Source: Polyangiaceae bacterium (GTDB lineage Bacteria; Myxococcota_A; Polyangia; Polyangiales; Polyangiaceae). From it: a stretch of 64,000 nt of DNA. Where the stretch lies: assembly GCA_044376115.1 (NCBI GenBank), contig JBILLK010000041.1:1-64000 (forward strand). The letters run 5' to 3'. Below, in pieces: positions 40,072-50,403 of the stretch. The position numbers and the translations under genes are program-made. Positions within the stretch are counted from its first letter, which is position 1. Every line of letters begins with the position of its first letter. The notes beneath the pieces are model-generated. The model made no database searches. It was not told the origin of the DNA and saw only the letters and a program-made list of their open reading frames with translations.

Positions 40072-40947
40072 CTACAGCGCCTCGACGTGCGGTTCGCCAT
40101 CCCCAGCGGCGTTGCCATGCGCGATGGTCACGGTGTGACCGTCTTTGAGTTCGGTCAGCGACGCGGGCAGACGGTTGTCTTCGAAGTCGGAGGCGATCAG
40201 CCCCAGCCGCGCCGAGACGAGATGCGGCACCTTCGTCCGTGAAAGGCTCTCTTTGTCGAAGATGCGCTCGAGCCCTTGCCGGCCAGCGAGCACGCTGAAG
40301 CCCATCGGTGAGAAGGTGCGCGTCCCAATCACGAAGTCGCTGCAACCAAGCATCAAGTTCAGCCGCAGCGGCTCGCTCGATTCTTCGGCGCAAATCCGAG
40401 AAACCAACGAAAGGCTAGAACGAATGGCGTCGCGCACGGCAGCCGCCGGAACGTCGGCGCGGTCGAGCCTGCCAGCGTCATGAAGGAAGGAGAGGAAGGT
40501 GTAAAATACGAGCTCTGCGTCGGTCTCCCCCCGCACATCGCGCGCGAGGAACTGCGGCAAAGACTCGAGCAGCCGACCGCGAATCTTCTCCGCGTTGGGC
40601 ACCGTGCCGGTCGAGGCAAAGAGCCAATTGCGGTAGCGGAACGGATGCGTGTTCTCGGTGCGCAAGGCGCCCACGGTGGCCGTCCGAATGTGACCCACGA
40701 GCACGTCGGCGCGGATGTCCTTGACCAGCTCTCCGAAGGAAAGCACTCGCCGGTCATCGAACGGGCGACGTTGCAGCAAGATCTCCCCGCCTTGGTAGAA
40801 GCCTACGCCCCAGCTAACGCTGCTGGGCGCTTCTGCCTGCGTAGGATCCGGTTCCGGCGGGCGTACGGAGTAGAGGGACGCGTCCACGGCCAAGGCACGT
40901 GAGCCGAGGTCTGGGCGGTTGGCGATGAAACCGACGAGACGAGCCAT
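40072..40947 (-). CDS. Class II glutamine amidotransferase-like (YafJ/EgtC type) lacking the N-terminal Cys
   Basis: SWGVGFY, GHIR.AT.G, ENTHPF, G.TD.E motifs; begins MARL rather than MCRL. Confidence 0.8.
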   Translation of the reverse strand: MARLVGFIANRPDLGSRALAVDASLYSVRPPEPDPTQAEAPSSVSWGVGFYQGGEILLQRRPFDDRRVLSFGELVKDIRADVLVGHIRTATVGALRTENTHPFRYRNWLFASTGTVPNAEKIRGRLLESLPQFLARDVRGETDAELVFYTFLSFLHDAGRLDRADVPAAAVRDAIRSSLSLVSRICAEESSEPLRLNLMLGCSDFVIGTRTFSPMGFSVLAGRQGLERIFDKESLSRTKVPHLVSARLGLIASDFEDNRLPASLTELKDGHTVTIAHGNAAGDGEPHVEAL

Positions 40948-41147
40948 TGCTCAACAGTGTGCGCGACTTTCAAGGTGGACGCCAGCACCTCAGCCCGCGC
41001 TGGAGGCCGAGCCGTGATTGCGTCGAACTTTGGCGCCACCTCAACATAGCCGGGAAGTCGCTAGGGATGGGCTGCGCGGTCGCGGTGGCGATAAGCCTTC
41101 GTGCTAGCATCCTGGGCGAACTTCAGCTTGTCTTGGGATGAGGCCTC

Positions 41148-42062
41148 ATGTCCTGGCGGTTCGTGTTTGCGGTTCCTGTGATTCTTCTCGGCTTGGCGCC
41201 CAACGAGGCGCTGGCCTTCTGTCGCAGTACCACCTGCGTTGGTGAGGACTGTACGCGGGATGAGAACGGCTGCAAGACCTCGGGGCAGCCGCTGTATTGG
41301 CCGACCAGCTGCATCGGAATCAGCCTGCAACAGGACAGCAGCGTCCACATCGCCTTCAAGTACTTCGAGCAGGTGGCCCAGCGCTCGATGTTGAGCTGGA
41401 CGGGCCTCGAGTGCGCGGACGGTCCGGCGAGCATCGGCTTCTCGCAGCTGGACAACATCGCCTGCAAACAGACCGAGTACAACAGCGGTGGAACCAACGC
41501 GAACGTGGTCCTCTTTCAGGACACCAAGTGGGTCTACAAGGGCATCGACAATACGTTGGCCAAGACCACCGTCACCTTCAGCGACGACACCGGGGAGATC
41601 CTCGACGCCGACATCGAGATCAACCACGCCAACAACAACTTCACCATCTCCGATATGGTGATCGAATACGACCTCGAGGCGGTCCTGACCCACGAGATGG
41701 GCCACTTGATCGGGCTGGACCATACCCCCGACGTCTCAGCGACGATGTTCGCTGGCTATGAACCCGGGTCGAACGACCAGCGCACGCTCGAGGAGGACGA
41801 CATCCTCGCTGCTTGCGAGGTGTATTCGGCCTCACGCTCTGCGCAATGCACGCCCGAGCCACGGGGCGGGTTGGGCAACGAGTGTGGTGGCGAGGCCAAC
41901 GCGGTGGACGAGGGTGGAGTCGGGGGCTGTACCAACTGTTCGCAGGCCGGATCAAACGGTGCAGCCGCTTGGCTTGCACCACTTGTGCTATGTGCCTTCG
42001 CCGGTGCCCGGAGAGTTCGCCGTTCGCGGAACCTGGTCCGAGCCGTCAAAGGGGATGGATGA
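41148..42062 (+). CDS. Matrixin-family (M10) metalloprotease with C-terminal sorting-like tail
   Basis: GEILDADIEIN, HEMGHLIGLDH, ATM Met-turn; GGC...TM...RR tail (MYXO-CTERM-like). Confidence 0.88.
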   Translation: MSWRFVFAVPVILLGLAPNEALAFCRSTTCVGEDCTRDENGCKTSGQPLYWPTSCIGISLQQDSSVHIAFKYFEQVAQRSMLSWTGLECADGPASIGFSQLDNIACKQTEYNSGGTNANVVLFQDTKWVYKGIDNTLAKTTVTFSDDTGEILDADIEINHANNNFTISDMVIEYDLEAVLTHEMGHLIGLDHTPDVSATMFAGYEPGSNDQRTLEEDDILAACEVYSASRSAQCTPEPRGGLGNECGGEANAVDEGGVGGCTNCSQAGSNGAAAWLAPLVLCAFAGARRVRRSRNLVRAVKGDG

Positions 42063-42961
42063 TGATTCGATCGCTTCGCTTTTGCTGTGTTCTGCTGGTT
42101 GGGCTCTTCGCTTCCGCTTGCGGTGATTCAACCTCGGAGCAGGTTTGCACGCCGGGCACCGAGGTCTTCTGCAAGTGTCGTGGCGGCAGTGTTCAAGGAA
42201 CGCAGACCTGCGCAGACGACGGCCAGAGTCTTGGGGAGTGCACCACTCCCGAGGGCGAGTGCCCCAGCATCGGAACCGGAACCACAGACGGGCCGATCGG
42301 CATCTGCACCCCCGATGAGGTCATCACCTGCACTTGTGACAACGCGGATCAGGGTACCAAGACCTGCAGTGGAGACGGGCTGAGCTTCACCGATTGCACC
42401 ACACCTGACGGCCCCTGCGGCTCGAGCCAAACCGGCACCGAGGAGCTGTATTCGCCTTGTGACAGCGCCTCCGAGTGCCTCACCGGCGTATGTGAAAACG
42501 GTTACTGCACCCGCAGCTGTGAGTCGTATGTGGAGTGCTACGACGACGCAAAGAGGTTGTACGGGGACTGCGCCGAGGTGCCGCTCAGCTCGGGCGTCGG
42601 GCTTAGCTGCGTGCCCTACTGCATCAAACAGGAGGAGTGCTCGGGGTACGGCGCCACGAGCGTCTGCAACGGAGCCATCGCCCTCGATGACATCAACCTC
42701 GCGTTCGCCGGCTGCGCCAACTGGGGAGAGGCAGCCACCGGCATGCCCTACGGCACCCTGTGTGACTCCAACTCCGGCGAGGTTCTCTACCTGAACGACG
42801 TGATCGAGATGTCCTGCGACCTCGGTCTCGCCTCGCAGAACGTCTGCACCTTCGATACGTGTACAAAGGGTTGTTACGAGGACAGCGACTGCCCCAACGC
42901 CGACTGCAACTCCAATGGCGAAGTGATCGGCTGTTGCATCAGCGATCCCGAGTGCAACTGA
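42059..42961 (+). CDS. Cys-rich lipoprotein
   Basis: LFASACGDS lipobox; repeated CTPG...C.C...G.QTC..DG motifs. Confidence 0.75.
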   Translation: MMIRSLRFCCVLLVGLFASACGDSTSEQVCTPGTEVFCKCRGGSVQGTQTCADDGQSLGECTTPEGECPSIGTGTTDGPIGICTPDEVITCTCDNADQGTKTCSGDGLSFTDCTTPDGPCGSSQTGTEELYSPCDSASECLTGVCENGYCTRSCESYVECYDDAKRLYGDCAEVPLSSGVGLSCVPYCIKQEECSGYGATSVCNGAIALDDINLAFAGCANWGEAATGMPYGTLCDSNSGEVLYLNDVIEMSCDLGLASQNVCTFDTCTKGCYEDSDCPNADCNSNGEVIGCCISDPECN

Positions 42962-42971
42962 GGACTCCCTT

Positions 42972-44369
42972 ATGCGAATGAGCTCTGTTCTTACGCCCGC
43001 CTTGCTTTTGACCCTTGGGCTGAGCTTCGCTTGTGGTGACTCGGGCACAGGCGGAGCCGGAGCCGCTGGCGCTGGGGGTTCCGGTGGCGCGGACATCTTC
43101 TGTGGAGACGCTATCGCCGACCCGGACCTCGGCGAGGAGTGCGATGACGGCAACTTCGAAGACACAGACGATTGCCTCGCCAACTGCACGCTGCCCAAGT
43201 GCGGAGATCTCGTCGTTCATTTGGGCTTTGAAGACTGCGACGACGGCAACGCCGACAACACCGACGGTTGTGTCGGAGAGTGCGTGGTAGCGAGCTGCGG
43301 TGACGGCTTCATCCAAGCCGGCGTCGAGGATTGCGACGACGGCAACACCGAGGACGGGGACGCCTGCACCTCGACCTGCACCGCGGGCGTTGGCTGCGGC
43401 AACAACATCGTTGACGGCGGTGAAGAGTGCGACGACGGCAACACCGACAACAACGATGACTGCGTCGAGGGCTGCTTCACGGCCTATTGTGGAGACGGCT
43501 ACGCGCAGGCCGGCGTCGAGGAGTGTGACGACGGCAACTCGGTCGACGACGATCCCTGCTCCAACGGCTGCTTCGTCAACGTGCCCGACACCTTCGGCTG
43601 TCCGGGCGTCGCGGTTTCGGTGCCGCTTGGCGGAGACGTCACGCTCGGTGGCAACACCGCCGACGCAACGCCCCAATACGAGGGCAGCTGCGGCGGCGCT
43701 GATGCGCCCGAATACGTATATGCGTTGACCCCAGAGGAAGACGGCGTGCTCACGTTGGACTTCCTCGCCGTCAACAACGACTTGGACCCAGTGCTTTACG
43801 TCCGGGACGCCTGTGAGAACGGGGCAGAAATCGCCTGCGTGGACGCGACCTTCGCCGGCGGGGTCGAGAGCGCGACGTTCGCCGTGCAGGCTGGTACCAC
43901 CTACTACGTATTCGCCGACGGCTACAATGACGTTCCCGGTGAGTTCCTCTTGGGGGCAACGCTCTTGGGCGGCGCCGCCGGTGACAACTGCCCGGGAGTG
44001 AATATCCCGTTGTCCGGACTCAATGACCCGTACACGGTAAGTGGTAATACAGCGGTTGCGTCGGCGGACCACCAAGGCACTGGTAACTGTGATTCAGACA
44101 CCACGCCCGAGGTGGTTTACCGCATTGTCCCGCCCGAGAACGGCAAGCTGGTTGCGGCGTTGGATCCGTCCTTTGACGCTTCCTTGTACGTTCGCACCAA
44201 CTGTTCGAGCGCAGCGACCGAGCTCGCATGCTCCGAGATGGGTAACACGGGCGAGCTCGAACTCATCAACGTCCCGGTGACCGCGGGCAACCAGTACTTC
44301 GTCTTCGTGGACGGCTTCCTCGGCGAGTCCGGCCCTTACACCGTTGAGTTCACGCTCCTGCCCCCCTGA
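42972..44369 (+). CDS. Lipoprotein with myxobacterial Cys-rich (DUF4215-type) repeats and PPC-like domains
   Basis: Five CG(D/N)......E.CDDGN....D.C...C repeats; two D..LYVR..C / YY.F.DG domains. Confidence 0.85.
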   Translation: MRMSSVLTPALLLTLGLSFACGDSGTGGAGAAGAGGSGGADIFCGDAIADPDLGEECDDGNFEDTDDCLANCTLPKCGDLVVHLGFEDCDDGNADNTDGCVGECVVASCGDGFIQAGVEDCDDGNTEDGDACTSTCTAGVGCGNNIVDGGEECDDGNTDNNDDCVEGCFTAYCGDGYAQAGVEECDDGNSVDDDPCSNGCFVNVPDTFGCPGVAVSVPLGGDVTLGGNTADATPQYEGSCGGADAPEYVYALTPEEDGVLTLDFLAVNNDLDPVLYVRDACENGAEIACVDATFAGGVESATFAVQAGTTYYVFADGYNDVPGEFLLGATLLGGAAGDNCPGVNIPLSGLNDPYTVSGNTAVASADHQGTGNCDSDTTPEVVYRIVPPENGKLVAALDPSFDASLYVRTNCSSAATELACSEMGNTGELELINVPVTAGNQYFVFVDGFLGESGPYTVEFTLLPP

Positions 44370-44381
44370 GCCCGCACCCAA

Positions 44382-45191
44382 TTGAACCCTCTTCACGTTG
44401 TTCTGCTCGGCATTCTTGAGGGCCTAACTGAGTTCCTCCCGGTCTCGTCCACCGGGCACCTCATCCTCTTGGGCGAATCGCTTGGCCACAACGACGACGC
44501 CGCCAAGACCCTGGAGATTGCGATCCAGGCGGGCGCGGTGTTGGCGGTGATTGTCTATTACCGCGATGTGCTTTGGGCGCTCGTTCGTGGGCTGCTCGAC
44601 AAGAAGAAGGAACAACAAATGTTGTTCTTGGCGCTTGGAGTGGCCTTTCTCCCAGCTGCGGGCATCGGGTTTTTCCTTCACAGCTTCGTGAAAGCCCGGC
44701 TGATGGGGCCAACGCCGGTGGCCACCGCGTTGATCGTTGGGGGGCTGGTCATGATCGCCGCCCCCTATTTGTTCCCCAGCACCGAGCACGAGCCGAAGGA
44801 GGAATCGTTGACGGCGGTGACGCTGCAACGCGCGCTCATTATCGGGGTTTGCCAGTGTGCGGCGCTTTGGCCCGGGTTCTCGCGCTCGATGAGCACCATC
44901 GTTGGTGGGCAAGCCTCAGGGCTGCGAGCCAAGACGGCTGCGCAGTTCTCCTTCCTGTTATCGATACCCGTCTTGGGCAGCGCCACGGTGCTGGACTTGG
45001 TGAAGGATGGGGACGCGCTGTTCGCCTCAGAAGGTGGCGTACTCGCCTTGCTGATCGGGTTGGTAACAGCCTTTGTGGTGTCCCTCGCAGTGATCTCCGT
45101 CTTCTTGCGATACCTCAATAAATTCGGATTAGCGCCCTTTGGCTATTACCGCATTGTGTTGGGCGTGCTCGTGCTGGTGTGGGCACGCTGA
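44382..45191 (+). CDS. uppP: Undecaprenyl-diphosphatase
   Basis: LGILEGLTEFLPVSSTGH, IQ.GA, PG.SRS, FSFLLSIP, F.YYRI. Confidence 0.95.
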   Translation: MNPLHVVLLGILEGLTEFLPVSSTGHLILLGESLGHNDDAAKTLEIAIQAGAVLAVIVYYRDVLWALVRGLLDKKKEQQMLFLALGVAFLPAAGIGFFLHSFVKARLMGPTPVATALIVGGLVMIAAPYLFPSTEHEPKEESLTAVTLQRALIIGVCQCAALWPGFSRSMSTIVGGQASGLRAKTAAQFSFLLSIPVLGSATVLDLVKDGDALFASEGGVLALLIGLVTAFVVSLAVISVFLRYLNKFGLAPFGYYRIVLGVLVLVWAR

Positions 45192-45222
45192 CCGCAGCCG
45201 GGACTTACGCGCTAGCGAGCGC

Positions 45223-45828
45223 TCAGTCGAAGCGCCAATGCGCCGCTGCCACAGCGACGTCCAGGGCGAGCGAGAGCAGCTCGAGGTTGGTCTCGACGCC
45301 CTGAAACAGGAGGCTAACTTCACCTCGCTCGATCACCAGGCCGGCAAAGCTCGTTCCTGCCAAGGCAGAGATTGCCTCCTTCATGCTGGACGTAAGGAAG
45401 GAGATGGCGGCCTCGGAGGGCTTGGCGGTGATCAAGAAGGCGTGATCAAACTCCGGGTCGCCGATCTCGATATCTTGCGCGAGCCAAGCTCGTATCGAGC
45501 CGAAGAGACCCGCAGGGCTCGGATGAACTCCCACCAGCGCCTCGTATGGCTGCCTGCTGTTTGCGCCGACGCGGGTGTGGGCCGAGTGAACGAAGTCCGA
45601 AACCACCCGAACCGAGCACTCGCAGCCTTGGATCGCTCCCGACAAGAACGGCCGCGTTTCACCCGAAGCAGCGGCAAAGCCAGTCACGGCCTCTGAGCCG
45701 AGCTGTAAACCTTTGGCCTCGAGCCCCTGCCAAGCGGTGCGCGCAAGCGCGACTCCCTTTTGCAGACGTACGATGTTATTGGCAATGATGATGCCCGCGA
45801 GGGCCCCGCCTGCTGCTCCGCCTGCCAT
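45223..45828 (-). CDS. Hypothetical protein
   Basis: 201-aa ORF with QDIEIGDPEFD.AF motif; collinear with minus-strand neighbours. Confidence 0.6.
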   Translation of the reverse strand: MAGGAAGGALAGIIIANNIVRLQKGVALARTAWQGLEAKGLQLGSEAVTGFAAASGETRPFLSGAIQGCECSVRVVSDFVHSAHTRVGANSRQPYEALVGVHPSPAGLFGSIRAWLAQDIEIGDPEFDHAFLITAKPSEAAISFLTSSMKEAISALAGTSFAGLVIERGEVSLLFQGVETNLELLSLALDVAVAAAHWRFD

Positions 45829-45876
45829 GAACGCTGGCTACACGAGCCTTCGGCCGCAGGCAACGCGCAGCGCCGC

Positions 45877-47508
45877 TCAATGACCGTGAACGCGCTTCCT
45901 CCACTTGAGCAGCTGATCGCGATTGGCGGGCTTCACCGGAGGGGGATGGAGCCAAACGCCGGCGTCGGCACTGGCCTCAGCCACGGGGGCCGCCAAACCA
46001 ACGGAGAACGTTCCTGTGGATTGAGGCGCAGCGTTCAGCGTGCTGTCGGTGTTGAGGGCGATCAGCGCGCCCCCGCTCGAGTCGAACGGAGCGACGTCAT
46101 CCACCAAGCTAGCGCCGCTCACGCCGCGGTGCACGACGTCTGGCCCCGCACCAACAGGCGAGGCCATGGTCTGGGAGACGCCCATGAACACCCCGGTAAA
46201 CGGCGGCAAACTACCCGGAATGAGCGGTAGCGTCGGTGGCTGATTGGGCGGCGAAACCAGACCGTTGAAGCCGTAGGGACCTGAAGGTTCATCGAGCCAG
46301 GCGGCGGTCAAGAAGTCGAGCTGCGTCTCACTGAAGGACCGCGAAAATTCGGCTTGGAAGACGGCCTCGAGCGAGGCTGGAGAGCCCTCCAGCGCAAACA
46401 GGTCTCCAAACGAATCAACCCCGCCTAACCGTGACGCCGAGTACGCCAGGAACATGTAGGCCTGCGCGTATTGGTAGTAGTTGGCGTACTCCCATTGCAC
46501 CAAGGACTGCCCCGCCGCTAACGGGGTATTGGGTGCAAAGTAGGTATCGGTGGCGTACTCGTTTTGCATCCCTGTAACGAGGTGGACCGCACATTCTGCC
46601 ATGCCCTCGTTGTGCCAACTCCAGTCCTGCTGGCTGAAATCGTGAGTCTCGTTGTAGAGCAGGTGGGAGAACTCGTGCGCCACGACCTGTATAGGTAGAT
46701 AGTTATTCCCGTTGTCGGGAACGCTCACATAGAGCATCTCCATCTCGTTGGAGTGCCCACCAAACTGCATGGCTTCGGCATCGGTGATCGAGTCGAGCGG
46801 CGAGAAGTAGCCACCGTAGTATTGGTTACCGTTCAGCCCCAAGAGCAGCACCTTGCCGTTGCCGTCCCGGTCGGGCGCGGCGGTAAGCGCTGCTGTCTCG
46901 ATCGGGAAGATCGTCTCGTCAAAGTAGGCGACTGTCTGATCGAGGTCGTCGGCGTCTTCTGCGTCGGGCGTGGCGTAAACCACCACGTGCTCACCAACGC
47001 GCTCGCGGCGAGCCGTGACTTGGTAGTTGCTGAAGTCGGTAAAATCGACGGCCCAGAAGGTGGCGGTGTCTGCCGAAAGAAAGGCCTGGAACTTGAAGTC
47101 GAGTTCGTTGCCCGGCGCCTTCACCGTCAGCGTGTATTCGATGCCGAGCTTCTGCTTGGTGGTCTCGAGCGTGATGGTGTTGGCCGCCGCGTCGAAGCTG
47201 ACCGAGAGCACCTCGAGATCCCCGTTCAGGCTCGTCAGCTCGTACATCGAGGGCTGTTGCGGGTGCCCGGCGATGAACTCGCCTTGCAGCTGCAGCACGA
47301 CGCTGAACTCGGTTGGTGCCACGACGGAGGTAAGCGCGACCGGCTCGCTCGAGTTACCGCCGCTGCCGCCTTCTCCGCCGTTAGCGGTGCTTCCGCCGCC
47401 TCCGCTGCTGACGCCCCCGGTCCCCCCAGGGCCGTCCGACTCGTCGTCACCACAAGCAACCGCAGCGAGTCCTAGCCAAAGAAGAAGCGAAAAGCGGGCT
47501 GTACGCAT
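45877..47508 (-). CDS. Lipoprotein zinc metallopeptidase (M30/hyicolysin-like)
   Basis: AVACGDD lipobox; D.DGNGK..L, GYF...D, SNE.EM.Y, AHEFSHL, W.NEG. Confidence 0.75.
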   Translation of the reverse strand: MRTARFSLLLWLGLAAVACGDDESDGPGGTGGVSSGGGGSTANGGEGGSGGNSSEPVALTSVVAPTEFSVVLQLQGEFIAGHPQQPSMYELTSLNGDLEVLSVSFDAAANTITLETTKQKLGIEYTLTVKAPGNELDFKFQAFLSADTATFWAVDFTDFSNYQVTARRERVGEHVVVYATPDAEDADDLDQTVAYFDETIFPIETAALTAAPDRDGNGKVLLLGLNGNQYYGGYFSPLDSITDAEAMQFGGHSNEMEMLYVSVPDNGNNYLPIQVVAHEFSHLLYNETHDFSQQDWSWHNEGMAECAVHLVTGMQNEYATDTYFAPNTPLAAGQSLVQWEYANYYQYAQAYMFLAYSASRLGGVDSFGDLFALEGSPASLEAVFQAEFSRSFSETQLDFLTAAWLDEPSGPYGFNGLVSPPNQPPTLPLIPGSLPPFTGVFMGVSQTMASPVGAGPDVVHRGVSGASLVDDVAPFDSSGGALIALNTDSTLNAAPQSTGTFSVGLAAPVAEASADAGVWLHPPPVKPANRDQLLKWRKRVHGH

Positions 47509-47549
47509 TCGCGAAGGAGACCGCTTCTCACTGCCGGACGCAAATCCAA

Positions 47550-48848
47550 TCACCTCACGTCGATATCGCAACCGTAGAGGATGTTGACCGACGCATCCGG
47601 ATCGGCCTGAACCAGGGCGCACGCGTCCGGACAGAGCTTGATCTTGGCAGCTTCGATGTAGAAGGAATCAGCAGCGCAGGAGGCGAGGTCAGCGACCTGA
47701 TTGAAGGTCGAAACAGCGAGACCGGCCGAGGCATATTGCACCTGAACCGTCGCCAGATCGATGGTCTGGCCGTCCGGGGCGGCCGGGACGTCGTACTCGC
47801 ACGGCACGGCTGCGCCTTGAATTACGCCCTGCGCCATTAGCGTGAATATGTCGGTGTAGTCGAGCCCGCAGGTCGGGAAGCGGTAGCCTTCCGTGAGCAC
47901 GCTGAGAGCCTGATAGCCGGTGCCGGGGTTAACCGCCGACGGCGTGCACTCGTTGGTGGTGATTGGGTCGCTGGGCGCGTGCGGGGCGCCGTAAGGATCG
48001 GCGGCTGAAGGGCCGAGCGGCTCGAGCGCGACGATGCTCCAGAACGAGTACTTGCGCGGCCCGTCCAACGCGCCGAACTCGGCGGGGTACGCCGTGCGTA
48101 GATTGGTATCCCAGGCGGTCGCGACCCCCTCCCCTTCGGCCACCGAATTCCCGTCGTCGTAGTTGTCACAGCTGACGTTGTCGTCGGTGATGACGGCAAA
48201 GAACTTGAACGCCTCCGGCCGCAAAAGAGCGGCGTAGCCCGCTGGCTGAAGGTCGAACTGATCGGGAGCGGCTAGTTGATCGATCAGCTGACAGAGCGCA
48301 TCGTGGCTCGAAATATCCACGCTGTGATGGAAGAACTTTGCGGTGTTGACCGGCTGATTGGGGATGTTGTCGCAGTGACCGTCCCCGTCGTTGTCGGGGA
48401 TACCGCCGAGCGGTTCAGCAACGCAAATCTGCTGGTTACCGCTATCCCCGAAGGCCGCGACCATGATGACGCGGTAGTCGATTGCGGGCGTTGCGCTGTC
48501 GATGATGGCCGCGAAGTTCGCGTTGATCTGTTGTTCGACTTCTTCGATCTCCGCTGACATCGAGCCCGAGTTATCGATCACGAAGATGATGTCCACCGGC
48601 TGATTGATCAGCGTGGCTTCCGACGAGTCTTGTGCGCACGGCTCGCCGCCGCCGCTCGCTCCGCCCGTTCCAGTAATGAAGCCGCCGGCTTGTCCCCCGC
48701 CACCGTTCGTCGTCGGCGCTCCCCCGTTCGAGCTGGTGCCGCCGTTGCCGCCGCTAGCGCCGGAGTCACCACAAGCGACTGCTGCAAGCGTCGCACACAA
48801 GAAGAAGGGCAACGAAGAGCGAAAGGGCTTCGACATGGCCGCCATCAT
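47550..48848 (-). CDS. vWA-domain lipoprotein
   Basis: AVACGDS lipobox; PVDIIFVIDNSGSM MIDAS; ITDD. Confidence 0.82.
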   Translation of the reverse strand: MMAAMSKPFRSSLPFFLCATLAAVACGDSGASGGNGGTSSNGGAPTTNGGGGQAGGFITGTGGASGGGEPCAQDSSEATLINQPVDIIFVIDNSGSMSAEIEEVEQQINANFAAIIDSATPAIDYRVIMVAAFGDSGNQQICVAEPLGGIPDNDGDGHCDNIPNQPVNTAKFFHHSVDISSHDALCQLIDQLAAPDQFDLQPAGYAALLRPEAFKFFAVITDDNVSCDNYDDGNSVAEGEGVATAWDTNLRTAYPAEFGALDGPRKYSFWSIVALEPLGPSAADPYGAPHAPSDPITTNECTPSAVNPGTGYQALSVLTEGYRFPTCGLDYTDIFTLMAQGVIQGAAVPCEYDVPAAPDGQTIDLATVQVQYASAGLAVSTFNQVADLASCAADSFYIEAAKIKLCPDACALVQADPDASVNILYGCDIDVR

Positions 48849-48882
48849 CGCTAGGTGTCACGAAGGACGCAATCCGCGTCTG

Positions 48883-49392
48883 TCAGCGCCCGAGAGGGTC
48901 CCGGCGTCGCGCCCACTCACAAAGGACCATGCCAGTGGTCACGGTGACCGGGAACGAGTGGTTGATTCCGTACATCGGTATCGCGAGCACCGAATCGCAT
49001 TTTGTTAGCAGCGACTCGGGGATGCCGTCGTTCTCGCTACCGAAGACGAACACGAGATTGTCGGGCATGGGCACGTCCCAAAGGGTGGAGGTCGCAGCGT
49101 CGCGCTCAACCCCGATCAGCGGCCGGCCGGCGACGCGCTCGAGAAAGACCTCTTCACTCTCGCAGTCGACGATCTTCTCGTATTTCTGCATGCCCATCGA
49201 GGCTTTCTCGTAATAGGGCTCGACGCCGATCAGGAAGATCTCTCGCACCAAGAACGAGTGCGCGACGCGGATGATGGCTCCCACGTTGAAGGGATTTTTC
49301 GCCCGAATGACAGCGATGGAAAGCGGATGCCGGAGCTTCTCAAGCTCAGCGCGAATCTCCTCAGTCGAGTAGCCGAAGTCCGGAATCTTCAC
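48883..49392 (-). CDS. TrmH/SpoU-family RNA methyltransferase
   Basis: NPFNVGAIIR, VFGSENDG, IPMYG...S..V. Confidence 0.88.
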   Translation of the reverse strand: MKIPDFGYSTEEIRAELEKLRHPLSIAVIRAKNPFNVGAIIRVAHSFLVREIFLIGVEPYYEKASMGMQKYEKIVDCESEEVFLERVAGRPLIGVERDAATSTLWDVPMPDNLVFVFGSENDGIPESLLTKCDSVLAIPMYGINHSFPVTVTTGMVLCEWARRRDPLGR

Positions 49393-50195
49393 TTCGGTTT
49401 GACGGGCAAACGAGAGTAGTCAGAGAACATCGGGTAGATCGGCCCTTCCTTTAGGTCGACCTGCAGCGTGGTGCCGTCCTTGCGCGCGAGATCCATCCTG
49501 TAACCGCGAACCGGGAACGCCCCCAGCAGGCTGCGACGCTCAGCGATGGGCAGCGCGGCGAGCGGCTGACCGTCGATGCTCACGATGCGATCGCCGGGGC
49601 GCATGTCCGCGCGACTGGCCGGGCTCCCTTCAATCAGCCGCGTCACATGAACCGAGTCGTTGCGCAGTTCGAACCAAAAACCCGCACCCCAAACGGCCTC
49701 GGCGGGCTTGATGGCCAAAACCACTTCACCGCCGCTCGAGAAGTCGAAGCGGATTTCGCCGACATCGATGTGGTCCAGCGTCAGCGTGCGCTCTTGCACG
49801 CCGACAGGGCTGTCGTTGAGCGGGCTCGAATCCCACAGCTGAACCTCCACCTTGTCACCGACCGAGATCTTGAAGTTGCCCTTGGGAGAGTCCTCCCAGG
49901 TCGGCTCCAGCGTATCGGTGGCCGTCTTGGTTCGAAACAGCTCCACACCGTTGACCGACACCTTCGCGTAAGGGTCGGGCAGGCTGCCGAAGGCCTTGTC
50001 CCAATCGCGACCGTCACGCGTTTTTGCAGGGACTTTGCCGCTTACGACGCGCAAAAGCATGCGGTCGGGAGGCGGCGGTGGATCAAACGTGCCGAGATCG
50101 GGAGCTTCGGAGAACCGCGTCGACAGTTCCGGGAAAACGGCCGAACAACCCGAAAGGAGGAGGCTGAGGCTGAGGGCAACCGCGAGAGCGCGCAT
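49389..50195 (-). CDS. Lipoprotein with C2-like and PDZ domains
   Basis: LLSGC lipobox; DPYAKV...T....DTLEPTW...QLWD (C2-like); GSPA.RA.MRPGD.IVSIDG (PDZ). Confidence 0.75.
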   Translation of the reverse strand: MRALAVALSLSLLLSGCSAVFPELSTRFSEAPDLGTFDPPPPPDRMLLRVVSGKVPAKTRDGRDWDKAFGSLPDPYAKVSVNGVELFRTKTATDTLEPTWEDSPKGNFKISVGDKVEVQLWDSSPLNDSPVGVQERTLTLDHIDVGEIRFDFSSGGEVVLAIKPAEAVWGAGFWFELRNDSVHVTRLIEGSPASRADMRPGDRIVSIDGQPLAALPIAERRSLLGAFPVRGYRMDLARKDGTTLQVDLKEGPIYPMFSDYSRLPVKPK

Positions 50196-50403
50196 GAGCT
50201 GCACCTTACAACCGAAGGTTGTCGCAGTGAACCCAATGACTCGCGCCAAAGTTCGACGCAGCGTGCTTCGACGACAACGCGCTTCGAGTACGCGGTACAC
50301 TCGACCAAGAAGATGTACCTGAGGAGCCAGGGCCAGGTCTTCTTCCTAGGTTCTGGAGCCAGGGCGTGTTGCTCGCTTCGCGCGAGGGTGATACCCGGCT
50401 CAC

